NCBI GenBank assembly: GCA_965224245.1
Contig: OZ245046.1
Coordinates: 352,001 to 416,000 of the forward strand
Origin: Candidatus Eiseniibacteriota bacterium
GTDB taxonomy: Bacteria; Eisenbacteria; RBG-16-71-46; CAZAMP01
DNA: 64,000 nucleotides
Direction of reading: 5' to 3'
Part shown: in pieces, positions 46,815-56,196 of the stretch
How positions within the stretch are numbered: position 1 is the stretch's first letter
Layout of the letters: each line of letters opens with the position of its first letter
Notes under the pieces: model-generated
What the model saw: only the letters and a program-made list of their open reading frames with translations
What the model was told of the DNA's origin: nothing
The model's database searches: none
Program-made: the position numbers and the translations under genes

Positions 46815-48794
46815 TCAGTTGCTCCCGAGCCGCCTCCGGAGCGCGTTCACGTCGGGATCGCCGGGCCTCAGCGCCTCGGCGCGATCGAGGTGAATGGAGA
46901 CGGCCTCCGCGTCGCCGGTTGCGCTCGCGAGCTGCGCCAGGAACAGCCGTATCGCGACCTCCTGACCGGGAGCGGGATCGAGCTCCAGAGCGCGCGTGTA
47001 GAACCGGACCGTCTCGGTGGGATGGCCGGTCAGCCCGAGCACCGTGGCGTAGCTGACGAGCCCGCCCACGAGGCCGGCCGGCCAGGGTCGCCGCGCGTGT
47101 GGCGCCAGGAGCGATCGCTCGATCTCACCGCGCCGCGCGGCGAAGATGGCCTGCGCGCGACGGATCACGTCGGCGTTGCCCCGGCGGCGTAACGCGACGA
47201 GCGCGACCTCGTCGACGTACACGATCGACCAGCGCTCGTCCCGGAGCAGCCATCGCACGAGGCTCCGATGCGCGCCGAAGCGATGGAACAGAAGCACCGA
47301 CTGGATGCCCCACTCGTCGGCGAGCTGCTGCCAGCGCGGTGGCTCGCGGAGGCTCTCCACGTAGCGCGAGAAGAACGCCGTCTCGTAGACCTCGGTCCGG
47401 CCGTCGATGAAGACCCCCTGTCCCAGGGGAGGGTCCCAGGCGAGATAGCCGCCGGACGTGAAGTCGTTGAACATGGGACGGGGAATGCCGGTGGCCCGGA
47501 TGAACGTGATCGCGTCGGTGGGGAAGTAGTGCGACAGCATCCCGACGCCGAACTCGCGGGTCTTTTGATTCGAGCGATAGTAGTCGCCCCGTCCGACGAG
47601 GGCACCGCCGAGGCCCAGTCCGATCGCGACGGCGATCGCGAACAGGGGAGCGAGTCGCGTGGCCATGCGCCGGGTCGGCAAGGGGGCCCGCGCCGCCAGC
47701 GTCGCCGAGCACGCGGCGACGAACGGTGCGGTCGTCAGCACGAACACCGCCATGTTCCGGCGCGCCTGCACCGACAGGTACGCGAACGCGACGAAGACGA
47801 GGAGCCCGGCGAGGTCGAACCGCCGGCGACCGGGACGCGAGAGCATCGCGAGTGCGGATGCCCCCGCGACGACCGCGACGGCGAACACGAAGTAGACCCG
47901 GTACAACCGGACGGCCGTGGTGATGCCCGTGTTCGAGAACGGGCTGTCGAGCTCGGCAATGCTCGCGAACGCGGGGATCGAACGATCGATCCGGGACAGG
48001 AGATCGAGTGGGAAGAGCGCACCGGTGACGCCGAACGGGTTCGCCAGCGTGGCCAGGAGCGAGAGCGCCCCCACGATCACGAGCGTGCGGACCGCCACCC
48101 GGTCGGTGCGTCGTCCGGAGTCGCGGCGGACGAGCCGCACGAGCACCGGCACGCCGAGGTAGGACGCCGTCACGATCAACCCGAGCACGAACAGCGAGTG
48201 ACAGTTGACCCAGAGCGCCATGACGGCCGGGAGCAGCCACAGCCGGCGCCGGCGATCACCGCGGGCGGTCAGGTGGATCCAGAGAACGACCTGGAGCAAG
48301 AGGAACGAGATCATCTCCGGGCGTACCGAGAAGCGCTCCTCGGCGACGATCAACCCCGCCAGCGCGAACGGCGCGGCCGCGATCGGGCCCACGCGAGGGA
48401 TCAGGTTTCGCAGCAGCAGCGCGATGGTCAGCGAGTGGCAGAGAGCGGAGAAGACGACGAGCCACCCGGTGCCCCCGATCCGCGCGATCGTGTAGATCGT
48501 CACGTCGAAGAGCCACTGGACGTTCACCCACGGGTGATCGGGCACCGTGAACGACAGGACGTCCGTATCGGGGACCGAGCGGTGCTCCACGATCCACCGC
48601 CCCGTCGCCAGATGCCACCACGTGTCGTTGTTGTCGATCTTGCGCAGCCCGAAGAGCGCTGCGAGCAGAACGACCAGAACCGGGACCAGCAGCAGAGCGG
48701 CCCGACGGCGACGGCTCGTGGTTGCGAGCCGGTCGGGTCCGGCGACGTGTTCGGAGCGTCCACCGTCGTCCATACACGTCCTCGATCGGGTCAT
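46815..48794 (-). CDS. Polytopic membrane protein, GT-C glycosyltransferase-like, with C-terminal TPR
   Basis: DTWWHLATGRWI, DVLSFT, WVNVQWLFDV, RPE, LWVNCH, NPFG, GGYLAW, FIDGRTEVY; many TM segments; YTRALELDP. Confidence 0.8.
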   Translation of the reverse strand: MTRSRTCMDDGGRSEHVAGPDRLATTSRRRRAALLLVPVLVVLLAALFGLRKIDNNDTWWHLATGRWIVEHRSVPDTDVLSFTVPDHPWVNVQWLFDVTIYTIARIGGTGWLVVFSALCHSLTIALLLRNLIPRVGPIAAAPFALAGLIVAEERFSVRPEMISFLLLQVVLWIHLTARGDRRRRLWLLPAVMALWVNCHSLFVLGLIVTASYLGVPVLVRLVRRDSGRRTDRVAVRTLVIVGALSLLATLANPFGVTGALFPLDLLSRIDRSIPAFASIAELDSPFSNTGITTAVRLYRVYFVFAVAVVAGASALAMLSRPGRRRFDLAGLLVFVAFAYLSVQARRNMAVFVLTTAPFVAACSATLAARAPLPTRRMATRLAPLFAIAVAIGLGLGGALVGRGDYYRSNQKTREFGVGMLSHYFPTDAITFIRATGIPRPMFNDFTSGGYLAWDPPLGQGVFIDGRTEVYETAFFSRYVESLREPPRWQQLADEWGIQSVLLFHRFGAHRSLVRWLLRDERWSIVYVDEVALVALRRRGNADVIRRAQAIFAARRGEIERSLLAPHARRPWPAGLVGGLVSYATVLGLTGHPTETVRFYTRALELDPAPGQEVAIRLFLAQLASATGDAEAVSIHLDRAEALRPGDPDVNALRRRLGSN

Positions 48795-48865
48795 GCACTC
48801 GGCATCGCTTGTCCGGCGGGCGGCATGCCACCGCCCGCCGGGGATCTCGAACCGCGCGGATCGCG

Positions 48866-51469
48866 CTACTTCAGGAGCGTCATCGTCCGGGCGACGCTCC
48901 GATCACCGATCGTGATCCGGTAGACATACGTGCCAGACGCCACCGGATGTCCATCCGCATCCCGTCCATCCCAGCGGACGCGGTGCGTGCCCGCCGCACG
49001 ACTCTCCGAGAGCAGCGTGGTCAGCGTCCGTCCCTGCACGTCCAGCACGTCGACACGGACGTGCCCAGGGCGCGCGAGACGGAAGGGGATCACCGTGTAC
49101 GGGTTGAACGGATTCGGATGGTTGGCGAACAGCCGGTCACCGGCCGTCGCCGGGACGTCGTTCACCCCGACCACCACGTCTCCGAGCTTGATCAGCGCCA
49201 TGTCCTGACACGGGACGGGGCCGCTGTCGGTGATCATCCCGGTCAACACGGCGTCACCGCCGGGCAGCATCGCGAGCGCGTACCCGCGATCGGCCTCCAC
49301 GCCGCCGTATACCTCGCTCCACAGCTCGAGGCCGGTGTCGTCGGTGCGAACGAGGTACATGTCGTTCCCACCCGAACCGAACGACGCCGTGAGGCCGGCC
49401 ACGAGGTAGCCGCCGTCGAGCAGCGGCATCACGTAGGAGCCGTAGTCGTCCGCCGGGCCACCGTAGGTCGTGTCCCAGAGCGGGTTGCCGGCGCCGTCGG
49501 TCCGGATCAGGTGAACGTCGGCCCCGCCCGCACCGTAGCTCACGGTGTAGCCGGTGAAGATGAAGCCGCCGTCCGCCGTCTCGCGCACCCAGGCTCCTCG
49601 CTCGTCGTCGGCTCCGCCGTAGGCGCGCGACCACTCGATCGCCCCGTCGGCGTCGACCTTCACGAGCGTGGAGACGAGATCCGAGCCGCCGGTGGCGTAC
49701 GAGTGGCCACCCACGATGAAGCCGCCGTCCGCCGTCAGGTCCACGGAGTCGGCGCGGTCGTCGTTGGACGCGTAGTCCCACATCGTCTGCCACACGAGCA
49801 CGCCGTCGGAGTCCGTGCGGAGGAGCCAGATCTCGTCGTAGAGCGGGAACCCACCGGTGTCGAAGGTGCCGGTCAGGATGAACCCACCATCCGGAAGCAC
49901 CTGGATCGAGCGTCCGTGGTCGTCGAACGCACCGCCGTAGACGCGCTCCCACATCATCGCGCCGGTGGCGTCGAACCGGGCCAGCCACAGATCGTACCCG
50001 CCGGCGCCGGACGATCTCGTCTCGCCCACGATCACGAAGCCGCCGTCGTTGGTCTCCTGGACCTCCCACGCCCGGTCGTGACCGAGCCCTCCGTGGCGCT
50101 GCTCCCAGAGGAGCGCTCCGTCGAGGTCGGTCTTCACCAGCCAGAGATCGTCGTCCGCGTGTCCCGAGATCCGCGTCCATCCGGCCATGATGATCGCGCC
50201 GTCGGACGTGTACTGGACCGATGCACTCGTGTCGTCGCTGTTCGTCACGTTGCGGTGGCGCTTCTCCCACACGGAGGTGCCGCTCGCGTCGAGCTTGGTC
50301 TGGTAGAGATCCGATCCGGTGGCGGAGTCGAGGTCGACGCTGCCCACGAGGACCGGGCTGCCGTCGGTGGCGAACGTGAACTGATACCCGCGGTCGTCGC
50401 CGCTGTCGCCGTACGCCTGACGCCACAGCTCGGTGCCGTCGAGGTCGACCCGGATCACACACGCGTCCTCACCGCCCAGGCCGAAGGACTCGCCGAACCC
50501 CGTGACGAGGTAGCCGGCGGTGATCCCATCGTCGAACTCCACCACGTCGGTGCCGTAGTCGTCCCCGCCGCCGCCGTAGGCCGTCTCCCACTCGAGGATG
50601 CCCGCCGCGTCGGTCTTGATCAGATAGACGTCGGCGCCGCCGGCCCCGAAGCTCGTGGTGTAGCCGGTGAAGATGAACCCGCCGTCCGCCGTCTCGCGAG
50701 CCGTCGCCCCGCGTTCGTCACCGCCCGCGCCGTACTCGCGCGCCCACACGAGGAGCCCCGAGCCGTCGAACTTCACCAGCGTGGACACGAGATCCGACCC
50801 GCCCGTGGCGTAGGAGTGCCCGCCGCAGACGTACCCACCGTCGCTGGTGATGACGAGCGAGTAGCCACGATCGGAGTTCTCCTCGAAGTCCCAGCGGGAT
50901 TCCCAGATCAGGTCGCCCAGCGCATCGGTTCGCAGGAGCCAGAGATCGTCGTAGAGCGGGAACCCGCCCGTGTCGTACGTCCCGGTCACGACGTAGCCAC
51001 CGTCAGCGGTCTGCTCCACCGCGGTGCCGACGTCACGGCCGACGCCGCCGAAGAACTTCTCCCAGACCACATCGCCGGAGGCGTCGGTCTTCACGAGCCA
51101 GAGATCGTCCGATCCGGCGCCGCCCGACGTCGAGGAGCCGGTGACGATGAACCCGCCATCCGCGGTCTCCCGGACGTACTGGCCTCGGTCGTCGCCCGAC
51201 CCGCCGATCTGGCGACTCCAGATCTCGATGCCGTCGGCGTCCGACCGCACGAGCCACAGGTCGTCGTGCGTCTGGCCGAGCGGGCGGGTCCAGCCGGCCA
51301 TGATGTATCCACCGTCCAGCGTGCGCTGGATCGACATCCCCGCATCTGCGCTGTTGTGCGTGCAGCGGTACGTCTTGATCCAGTCCGTGGTGTAGTCCGC
51401 CAGCGCGGTGCTACTCAGTGCGAGCGCCAGGAGCGTCGCGATCAGCGCTCGGGGTCCGAATGCCCACAT
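48866..51469 (-). CDS. Secreted double beta-propeller (T-x-DGG[YF] / DLWL-x-[KR]-x-D-x-x-G repeats) with FlgD-Ig C-terminal domain
   Basis: GGAGGT RBS before ATG 51469; signal peptide ending ALA; about 15 repeats; NHPNPFNP...WDGRDADGHPVASGTYVYRI. Confidence 0.92.
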   Translation of the reverse strand: MWAFGPRALIATLLALALSSTALADYTTDWIKTYRCTHNSADAGMSIQRTLDGGYIMAGWTRPLGQTHDDLWLVRSDADGIEIWSRQIGGSGDDRGQYVRETADGGFIVTGSSTSGGAGSDDLWLVKTDASGDVVWEKFFGGVGRDVGTAVEQTADGGYVVTGTYDTGGFPLYDDLWLLRTDALGDLIWESRWDFEENSDRGYSLVITSDGGYVCGGHSYATGGSDLVSTLVKFDGSGLLVWAREYGAGGDERGATARETADGGFIFTGYTTSFGAGGADVYLIKTDAAGILEWETAYGGGGDDYGTDVVEFDDGITAGYLVTGFGESFGLGGEDACVIRVDLDGTELWRQAYGDSGDDRGYQFTFATDGSPVLVGSVDLDSATGSDLYQTKLDASGTSVWEKRHRNVTNSDDTSASVQYTSDGAIIMAGWTRISGHADDDLWLVKTDLDGALLWEQRHGGLGHDRAWEVQETNDGGFVIVGETRSSGAGGYDLWLARFDATGAMMWERVYGGAFDDHGRSIQVLPDGGFILTGTFDTGGFPLYDEIWLLRTDSDGVLVWQTMWDYASNDDRADSVDLTADGGFIVGGHSYATGGSDLVSTLVKVDADGAIEWSRAYGGADDERGAWVRETADGGFIFTGYTVSYGAGGADVHLIRTDGAGNPLWDTTYGGPADDYGSYVMPLLDGGYLVAGLTASFGSGGNDMYLVRTDDTGLELWSEVYGGVEADRGYALAMLPGGDAVLTGMITDSGPVPCQDMALIKLGDVVVGVNDVPATAGDRLFANHPNPFNPYTVIPFRLARPGHVRVDVLDVQGRTLTTLLSESRAAGTHRVRWDGRDADGHPVASGTYVYRITIGDRSVARTMTLLK

Positions 51470-51683
51470 GTCGTACCTCCCGAACAATGAAACGTTGGAA
51501 TGTGACCGACGGGCCGCACGGCGGACGGGCCCTGGGCGGTACATCGAATCGTATGGAGATGATCAGTCGGGCAACGATGTCGACGAGCGATGCGCCGCGG
51601 GCGACCCCTGTGTTGCCGCTTCCCGCCGGACTCTCATGCCGCAGACCGGAGCAAACATGATCCCGCCTGATCGGGTCGGGGAG

Positions 51684-51705
51684 GAATGATGCGATTGCAT
51701 CATTC
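51684..51705. promoter_or_regulatory. Perfect inverted repeat GAATGATGC-N4-GCATCATTC, candidate operator
   Basis: AT-rich 9-bp arms in the divergent intergenic region between the propeller gene and the ECF/kinase operon. Confidence 0.5.
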
Positions 51706-51871
51706 TGGGGGGAGATCCGGCACCAGCCGACGGTCAGCCCATCGGGACGGGTGGGCTCGGGAGGTCGGAGTGGACAGAATGCCCCCCGCCGCGTGCTCCA
51801 TCGCGCCCTGAGCCGTGCCTGTTGCTCGACCGTGCGGATCGTCAGCTGCCACCGTTTCGCGGAGAGTGCGA

Positions 51872-51880
51872 TGCTATACT
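51872..51880 (+). promoter_or_regulatory. Extended -10 promoter element TGCTATACT
   Basis: TGn-TATACT ending 7 nt before ATG 51888; no RBS in between. Confidence 0.6.
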
Positions 51881-51887
51881 CTCAGCC

Positions 51888-52160
51888 ATGAACGTCCGTA
51901 CGTCGCCTCGCGCCGCGGCTCTGCCGCCGGTCGCGGCCCAGGCAGCCTCCGGGGAAGCGCTACTCACCGTCAGCCGTCTCCCCGACGGGCCAGGGCCCGC
52001 ACGCGCCCCGGAGTGGACGCCCGCCGACGTCGTCTCCGGTGCCCCGTTCGAGGCCGCGTTCGCGCTCCTGGGCGACCTCACCTCGGTCCCGGTCGAGACG
52101 GCGAGCTGGGCGCGTCTGAAGTCGCTCCACGGCCCACCGTCACCTCGCGGTGGCGACTGA
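51888..52160 (+). CDS. 90-aa mini-ORF (or remnant) carrying the SW-x2-LK tail motif
   Basis: Contains SVPVETASWARLKSLH; stops 2 nt before the ECF GTG. Confidence 0.5.
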   Translation: MNVRTSPRAAALPPVAAQAASGEALLTVSRLPDGPGPARAPEWTPADVVSGAPFEAAFALLGDLTSVPVETASWARLKSLHGPPSPRGGD

Positions 52161-52162
52161 CG

Positions 52163-52756
52163 GTGGTCGGCTCGCGCCGTCCCCCGAGCGAGTCCACGGC
52201 CACCCTGCTCACCCGTGTGCGAGCCGGTGACGCCGCGGCACGCAACCGCCTGTTCGCCCGTTACCTCCCGATGCTCCAGGCGTGGGCACACGGCCGGCTG
52301 CCCGCGAATGCGCGGAATCTCTCGGACACCGACGACCTCGTGCAGATCACTCTCATTCGAGCATTGAATCGGGTGGAGGCCTTCGTACCGACCCGGGAGG
52401 GGGCGTTCCTGGCCTACCTGAGGCAGATCCTGCTCAACGCCGTGCGCGAGCAGATCCGCCGTTCCCGGAGGCGGGGTGATCAGGAGCCCGTGACCGAGGA
52501 GCTCCCGGGAACCGGTCCCTCGCTGATCGAGGAGCTCGTCGGCCGGGAGCTTCTGGCGTCGTACGAGGAGGCGCTGGTCACGCTGGACGCCCGACAGCGC
52601 GAGGCCGTGATCCTGCGCGTCGAGTTCGGATTCGACTACGGCGAGATCGCCGAGGCGATCGGCAGCCCGTCGCGAAACGCCGCACGCATGGTCGTGAGCC
52701 GCGCGCTGGTGAGGTTGAGCGAGGCGATGAACGAGCAGTCGAAGGATGAGGCATGA
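52163..52756 (+). CDS. ECF RNA polymerase sigma factor, kinase-associated type with DTDD motif
   Basis: STATLLTRVRAGDAAARNRLFARY, SDTDDLVQ, FLAYLRQILLN, REAVILRVEFG-x-DYGEIA, AARMVVSRALVRL; stop overlaps the kinase start (ATGA). Start approximate. Confidence 0.9.
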   Translation: MVGSRRPPSESTATLLTRVRAGDAAARNRLFARYLPMLQAWAHGRLPANARNLSDTDDLVQITLIRALNRVEAFVPTREGAFLAYLRQILLNAVREQIRRSRRRGDQEPVTEELPGTGPSLIEELVGRELLASYEEALVTLDARQREAVILRVEFGFDYGEIAEAIGSPSRNAARMVVSRALVRLSEAMNEQSKDEA

Positions 52757-55700
52757 GTGACCGGGAGCGGCGTCTTCTGGACATCGCGAGCTCCGTCGCG
52801 GATCGAGCGGAGGTCGACTGGGATCAGGCCGACGACGGTGTGGTGACCGACGTCGTCAGACGCTTGCGGGACGTCGAGCGCGTCATGCACGGGTTCCAGA
52901 CGATCGGTCCCGCGGCCGGGGCGGCGGGTGACGGTGAGCGTGGCTCCCGGCCCGCGCCGCGGTTCCGCTGGGGGCCGATCGAGGTGTTCGAGCGCGTGGG
53001 CAGGGGATCGTTCGGAGACGTCTACCGGGCCGTGGACACGCGGCTGGACGCCGAGGTCGCGCTGAAGATCGAGCGACCGGGCGCGTCCAGCACGCCCGCG
53101 GTTCGCGCGATCCTCGACGAGGCGCGGCAGATGGCCCGCGTTCGGCACCCGAACGTGGTCGCCGTACACGGGGCCGACGTTCACGACGGCCGCGCCGGCT
53201 TCTGGATGGACTACGTGCGCGGCCCCACGCTCGAGGAATACGTGAGCGAGCGGGGCGCGCTCCCGGTCGCGGAGGCGGCCCGCATCGGATGCGATCTGTG
53301 TCGGGCACTGTCGGCCGTCCACGGTGCCGGTCTGGTCCACGGCGACGTCAAGCCCGGGAACGTGATCCTGAACCCCGACGGTCGGGTCATGCTGGCGGAC
53401 TTCGGCGCCGTGAGCGACCGGACCCGTGCACCGGCCGACTGGGTGAGGTCGACGCCCGTCGTCACCGCGCCGGAGGTGTGGTCGGGCGCGGCCGTGTCGC
53501 CGCGGGCCGACGTGTACGCACTGGGTGTCGTCCTCCACTGGATGGTCACGACCGCCTGGCCCGTGGACGGGGCGGATGCGGCCGAGATCGCCTCGCGTCT
53601 GGAGCGAGGGGATCGCGCCGATCTGGGCGCTCTCGCACCGGCGCTCCCCGGGTCGTTTCGGGAAGCCATCGAGTCGGCACTCGCCACCGATCCGGACGAG
53701 CGCCCGGTGGGCCCCGGCGCTCTCGAGACCACACTGCGTGCCTCGGTGCCCGGCGATGCGTCGTCGCCGGAGCCCGGTCGTTCCCGCGGGGGTACGAACC
53801 TCCCGATCGCGACGTCGTCGCTCGTCGGGCGGCGCGACGAGCTCGACGAGCTGCGCAGGCTGGTCGGCGATCACCGGATCATCACGCTGACGGGGACTGG
53901 GGGATCCGGCAAGACGCGACTGGCGCTGGAGATCGGCAGCCGTGCGCTGCCGGACTTCCCGGACGGGGCATGGCTGGTCGAGCTGGCGGACGCCAGCGAG
54001 GCGGACGCGGCACCGCGTCGCGTGAGCACCGTGCTCGGGACCCCGGACGCCCCCGCGGCCGCCGCGCTGACCGGACTCGCCGCGCATCTGGCCCCCCGAC
54101 GGCTCCTGTTGATCCTCGACAACTGCGAGCACGTGCGCGAGTCCGTCGCGGAGGTCGTGGAGGCGATCGCCGGTGCGTGTTCGGCGGTGACGATCGTCGC
54201 CACGAGCCGGGAGCCCCTGGGGGTGGCGGGCGAGGTCCTGTTTCGCGTCCCACCACTGACCGTTCCGTCCGCGGAGGATGACCCGTGGCAGGCCTGCGTG
54301 AGCTCCGAGGCGGCCCGGCTCTTCGTGGAGCGCGCGACCGCGGTCCGCCGTGACCTCGCACTGACCCCGGACGTCGCGAGGGCGATCGTCTCGATCTGCC
54401 GACGGGTCGAGGGGCTTCCCCTCGCGGTCGAGCTCGCGGCGTCGCGCGCTTCGGGGCTTCCCGTGGAGGAAATCGCGCGCGAGCTCGACGGTCACTTCGG
54501 GCTCCTCGAGCGGGCCGGCCGCACCGGGAGCCACCGGCACCGTACCCTGACCGCGCTCATCGACTGGAGTCACGAGCTTCTCACCGAGCGCCAGCGCGCC
54601 CTGCTGTCCAGGCTCGCCGTGTTTCGCGGGGGCTTCGGGGTCGAGGACGCCCAGGTCGTGTGCGCCGGAGGCGACCTTCCGGCCGAGCTCGTACCCGAGC
54701 TGCTCGGCGAGCTCACCGAGCGGTGCCTGGTCGAGCTCGACGTCAGGAGCTCGCGTCGCCATCGCATGCTGGAGACGATTCGCGAGTACGCGCGCGAGCG
54801 CCTGCGCGCCGCCGGAGAAGAGGCGGTGACGGCGCGGCGGCACCTCGCCCGGTACACGTCGGTCGCCGAGGCCGCGATGGATGCGAACGTGCCGGACCGT
54901 GCGGCGGCGATCGGGCGGCTCGATGCGGATCACGACAACCTGCGGGCGGCGCTCCGCACCGCACTCGAGATGGGGGCCGAGGACCCGGACGACGGTGCCG
55001 CCGACCGGCTGGCCGCGGCCCTCGGGGATTACTGGATGCACGGCGGACACTGGAGCGAGGGACGCAGCTGGTGTCGGGAGGTGATCGCACACCGTCCCGA
55101 GACGTGCTCGGCACATCGCGCGGAGGTGCTGCGAATCGCCGGCAACCTCGAGTACATGTCGAGCAGCGTGCCCGATGCGCTCGAGTACTACACGGCGTCG
55201 CTGGCCATGTCAGAGGCGACCGAGGACCGCAAGCGGGCCGCCCGCGCGTCCATGGGGATCGCGGTCGCGGCGAAGGACCTGGGCGACCTCCCTCGAGCGC
55301 ACGAGGCGCTCTCCCGCAGCCTGGCCATCTTCCGGGATCTCGGGGACCGAACCGGGGTCGCGCAGTCGCTGGGAAACCAGGCCCTGCTCCTGCGAACCGA
55401 GGGTCATCTGGAGGACGCGTACGTGCGTCTCTCCGAAGCCGAGGAGCACTTCCGTGCGCTGGATCGCCAGCTCGACGTCGCGAACTGTCTCACCAATCGC
55501 GGGAACATCGCCGACGACCTCGAGCGGATCGAGGAGGCGGCCGCCCTTCGCACCGAGGCGCTCGCACTGGCTCGCCGGCTGGGCAACCGTCACTACGAAG
55601 CCGCCGCACTCAATGCGCTCGCCCACAGCGCGTTCGCGGCCGGCACCCTGGAGCGGGCGCGGGAGCAGGCCGAGGCGGCGCTGGCCATCTTCCGCGACAT

Positions 55701-56100
55701 GGACAACCGCGGCGAGGAGGCCGCCGTGCTCGGACTGCTGGCCCGGCTCTCGCTGGCCGAAGGCGACATCGAGCGCGCGCGGGTCCATCTCCGGCGCGCG
55801 CTCCATCTGCGGATCGCGCAGGGCAACGAGAACACGCTGGGCAGCACCGTCTGGCTGTTCGGTCATCTGGCCCTGGAGGATGGGAAGCCGGAGGTGGCGC
55901 TCCGGCTCCAGGCAGCGGCCCGAGCTCACTTCGTCGCGCTGGGCAATCCGACCTACCTGAGCAGGTTCTACGACTCGGACGCGATCGATGCCCGTGCCGA
56001 GGCGATGCTCGACCCGGAGTGTGCGGCGCGATGCCGGGCCGAGGGCGCCCGGCTCACGCTGGACGGGGCGATCCGGATCGCGCTCGCCGCCTGCGGCTGA
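52753..56100 (+). CDS. Cytoplasmic non-RD Ser/Thr kinase + STAND ATPase + TPR protein
   Basis: VGRGSFGDVY, VALK, HGDVKPGN, DFG, APE, DVYALG; Walker A GTGGSGKT, LLILDNCEH, GLPLAVELAA, HRMLETIREYA; TPRs. Confidence 0.93.
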   Translation: MSDRERRLLDIASSVADRAEVDWDQADDGVVTDVVRRLRDVERVMHGFQTIGPAAGAAGDGERGSRPAPRFRWGPIEVFERVGRGSFGDVYRAVDTRLDAEVALKIERPGASSTPAVRAILDEARQMARVRHPNVVAVHGADVHDGRAGFWMDYVRGPTLEEYVSERGALPVAEAARIGCDLCRALSAVHGAGLVHGDVKPGNVILNPDGRVMLADFGAVSDRTRAPADWVRSTPVVTAPEVWSGAAVSPRADVYALGVVLHWMVTTAWPVDGADAAEIASRLERGDRADLGALAPALPGSFREAIESALATDPDERPVGPGALETTLRASVPGDASSPEPGRSRGGTNLPIATSSLVGRRDELDELRRLVGDHRIITLTGTGGSGKTRLALEIGSRALPDFPDGAWLVELADASEADAAPRRVSTVLGTPDAPAAAALTGLAAHLAPRRLLLILDNCEHVRESVAEVVEAIAGACSAVTIVATSREPLGVAGEVLFRVPPLTVPSAEDDPWQACVSSEAARLFVERATAVRRDLALTPDVARAIVSICRRVEGLPLAVELAASRASGLPVEEIARELDGHFGLLERAGRTGSHRHRTLTALIDWSHELLTERQRALLSRLAVFRGGFGVEDAQVVCAGGDLPAELVPELLGELTERCLVELDVRSSRRHRMLETIREYARERLRAAGEEAVTARRHLARYTSVAEAAMDANVPDRAAAIGRLDADHDNLRAALRTALEMGAEDPDDGAADRLAAALGDYWMHGGHWSEGRSWCREVIAHRPETCSAHRAEVLRIAGNLEYMSSSVPDALEYYTASLAMSEATEDRKRAARASMGIAVAAKDLGDLPRAHEALSRSLAIFRDLGDRTGVAQSLGNQALLLRTEGHLEDAYVRLSEAEEHFRALDRQLDVANCLTNRGNIADDLERIEEAAALRTEALALARRLGNRHYEAAALNALAHSAFAAGTLERAREQAEAALAIFRDMDNRGEEAAVLGLLARLSLAEGDIERARVHLRRALHLRIAQGNENTLGSTVWLFGHLALEDGKPEVALRLQAAARAHFVALGNPTYLSRFYDSDAIDARAEAMLDPECAARCRAEGARLTLDGAIRIALAACG

Positions 56101-56196
56101 GCGTGACCGCTCCTGACGAGCCGACGCCGAACGACTCGTAGCCCCGGTCTCCTCCGTGGATCCGTACTCCGGAGAATCCCGCGCCGCCGGACGCGA

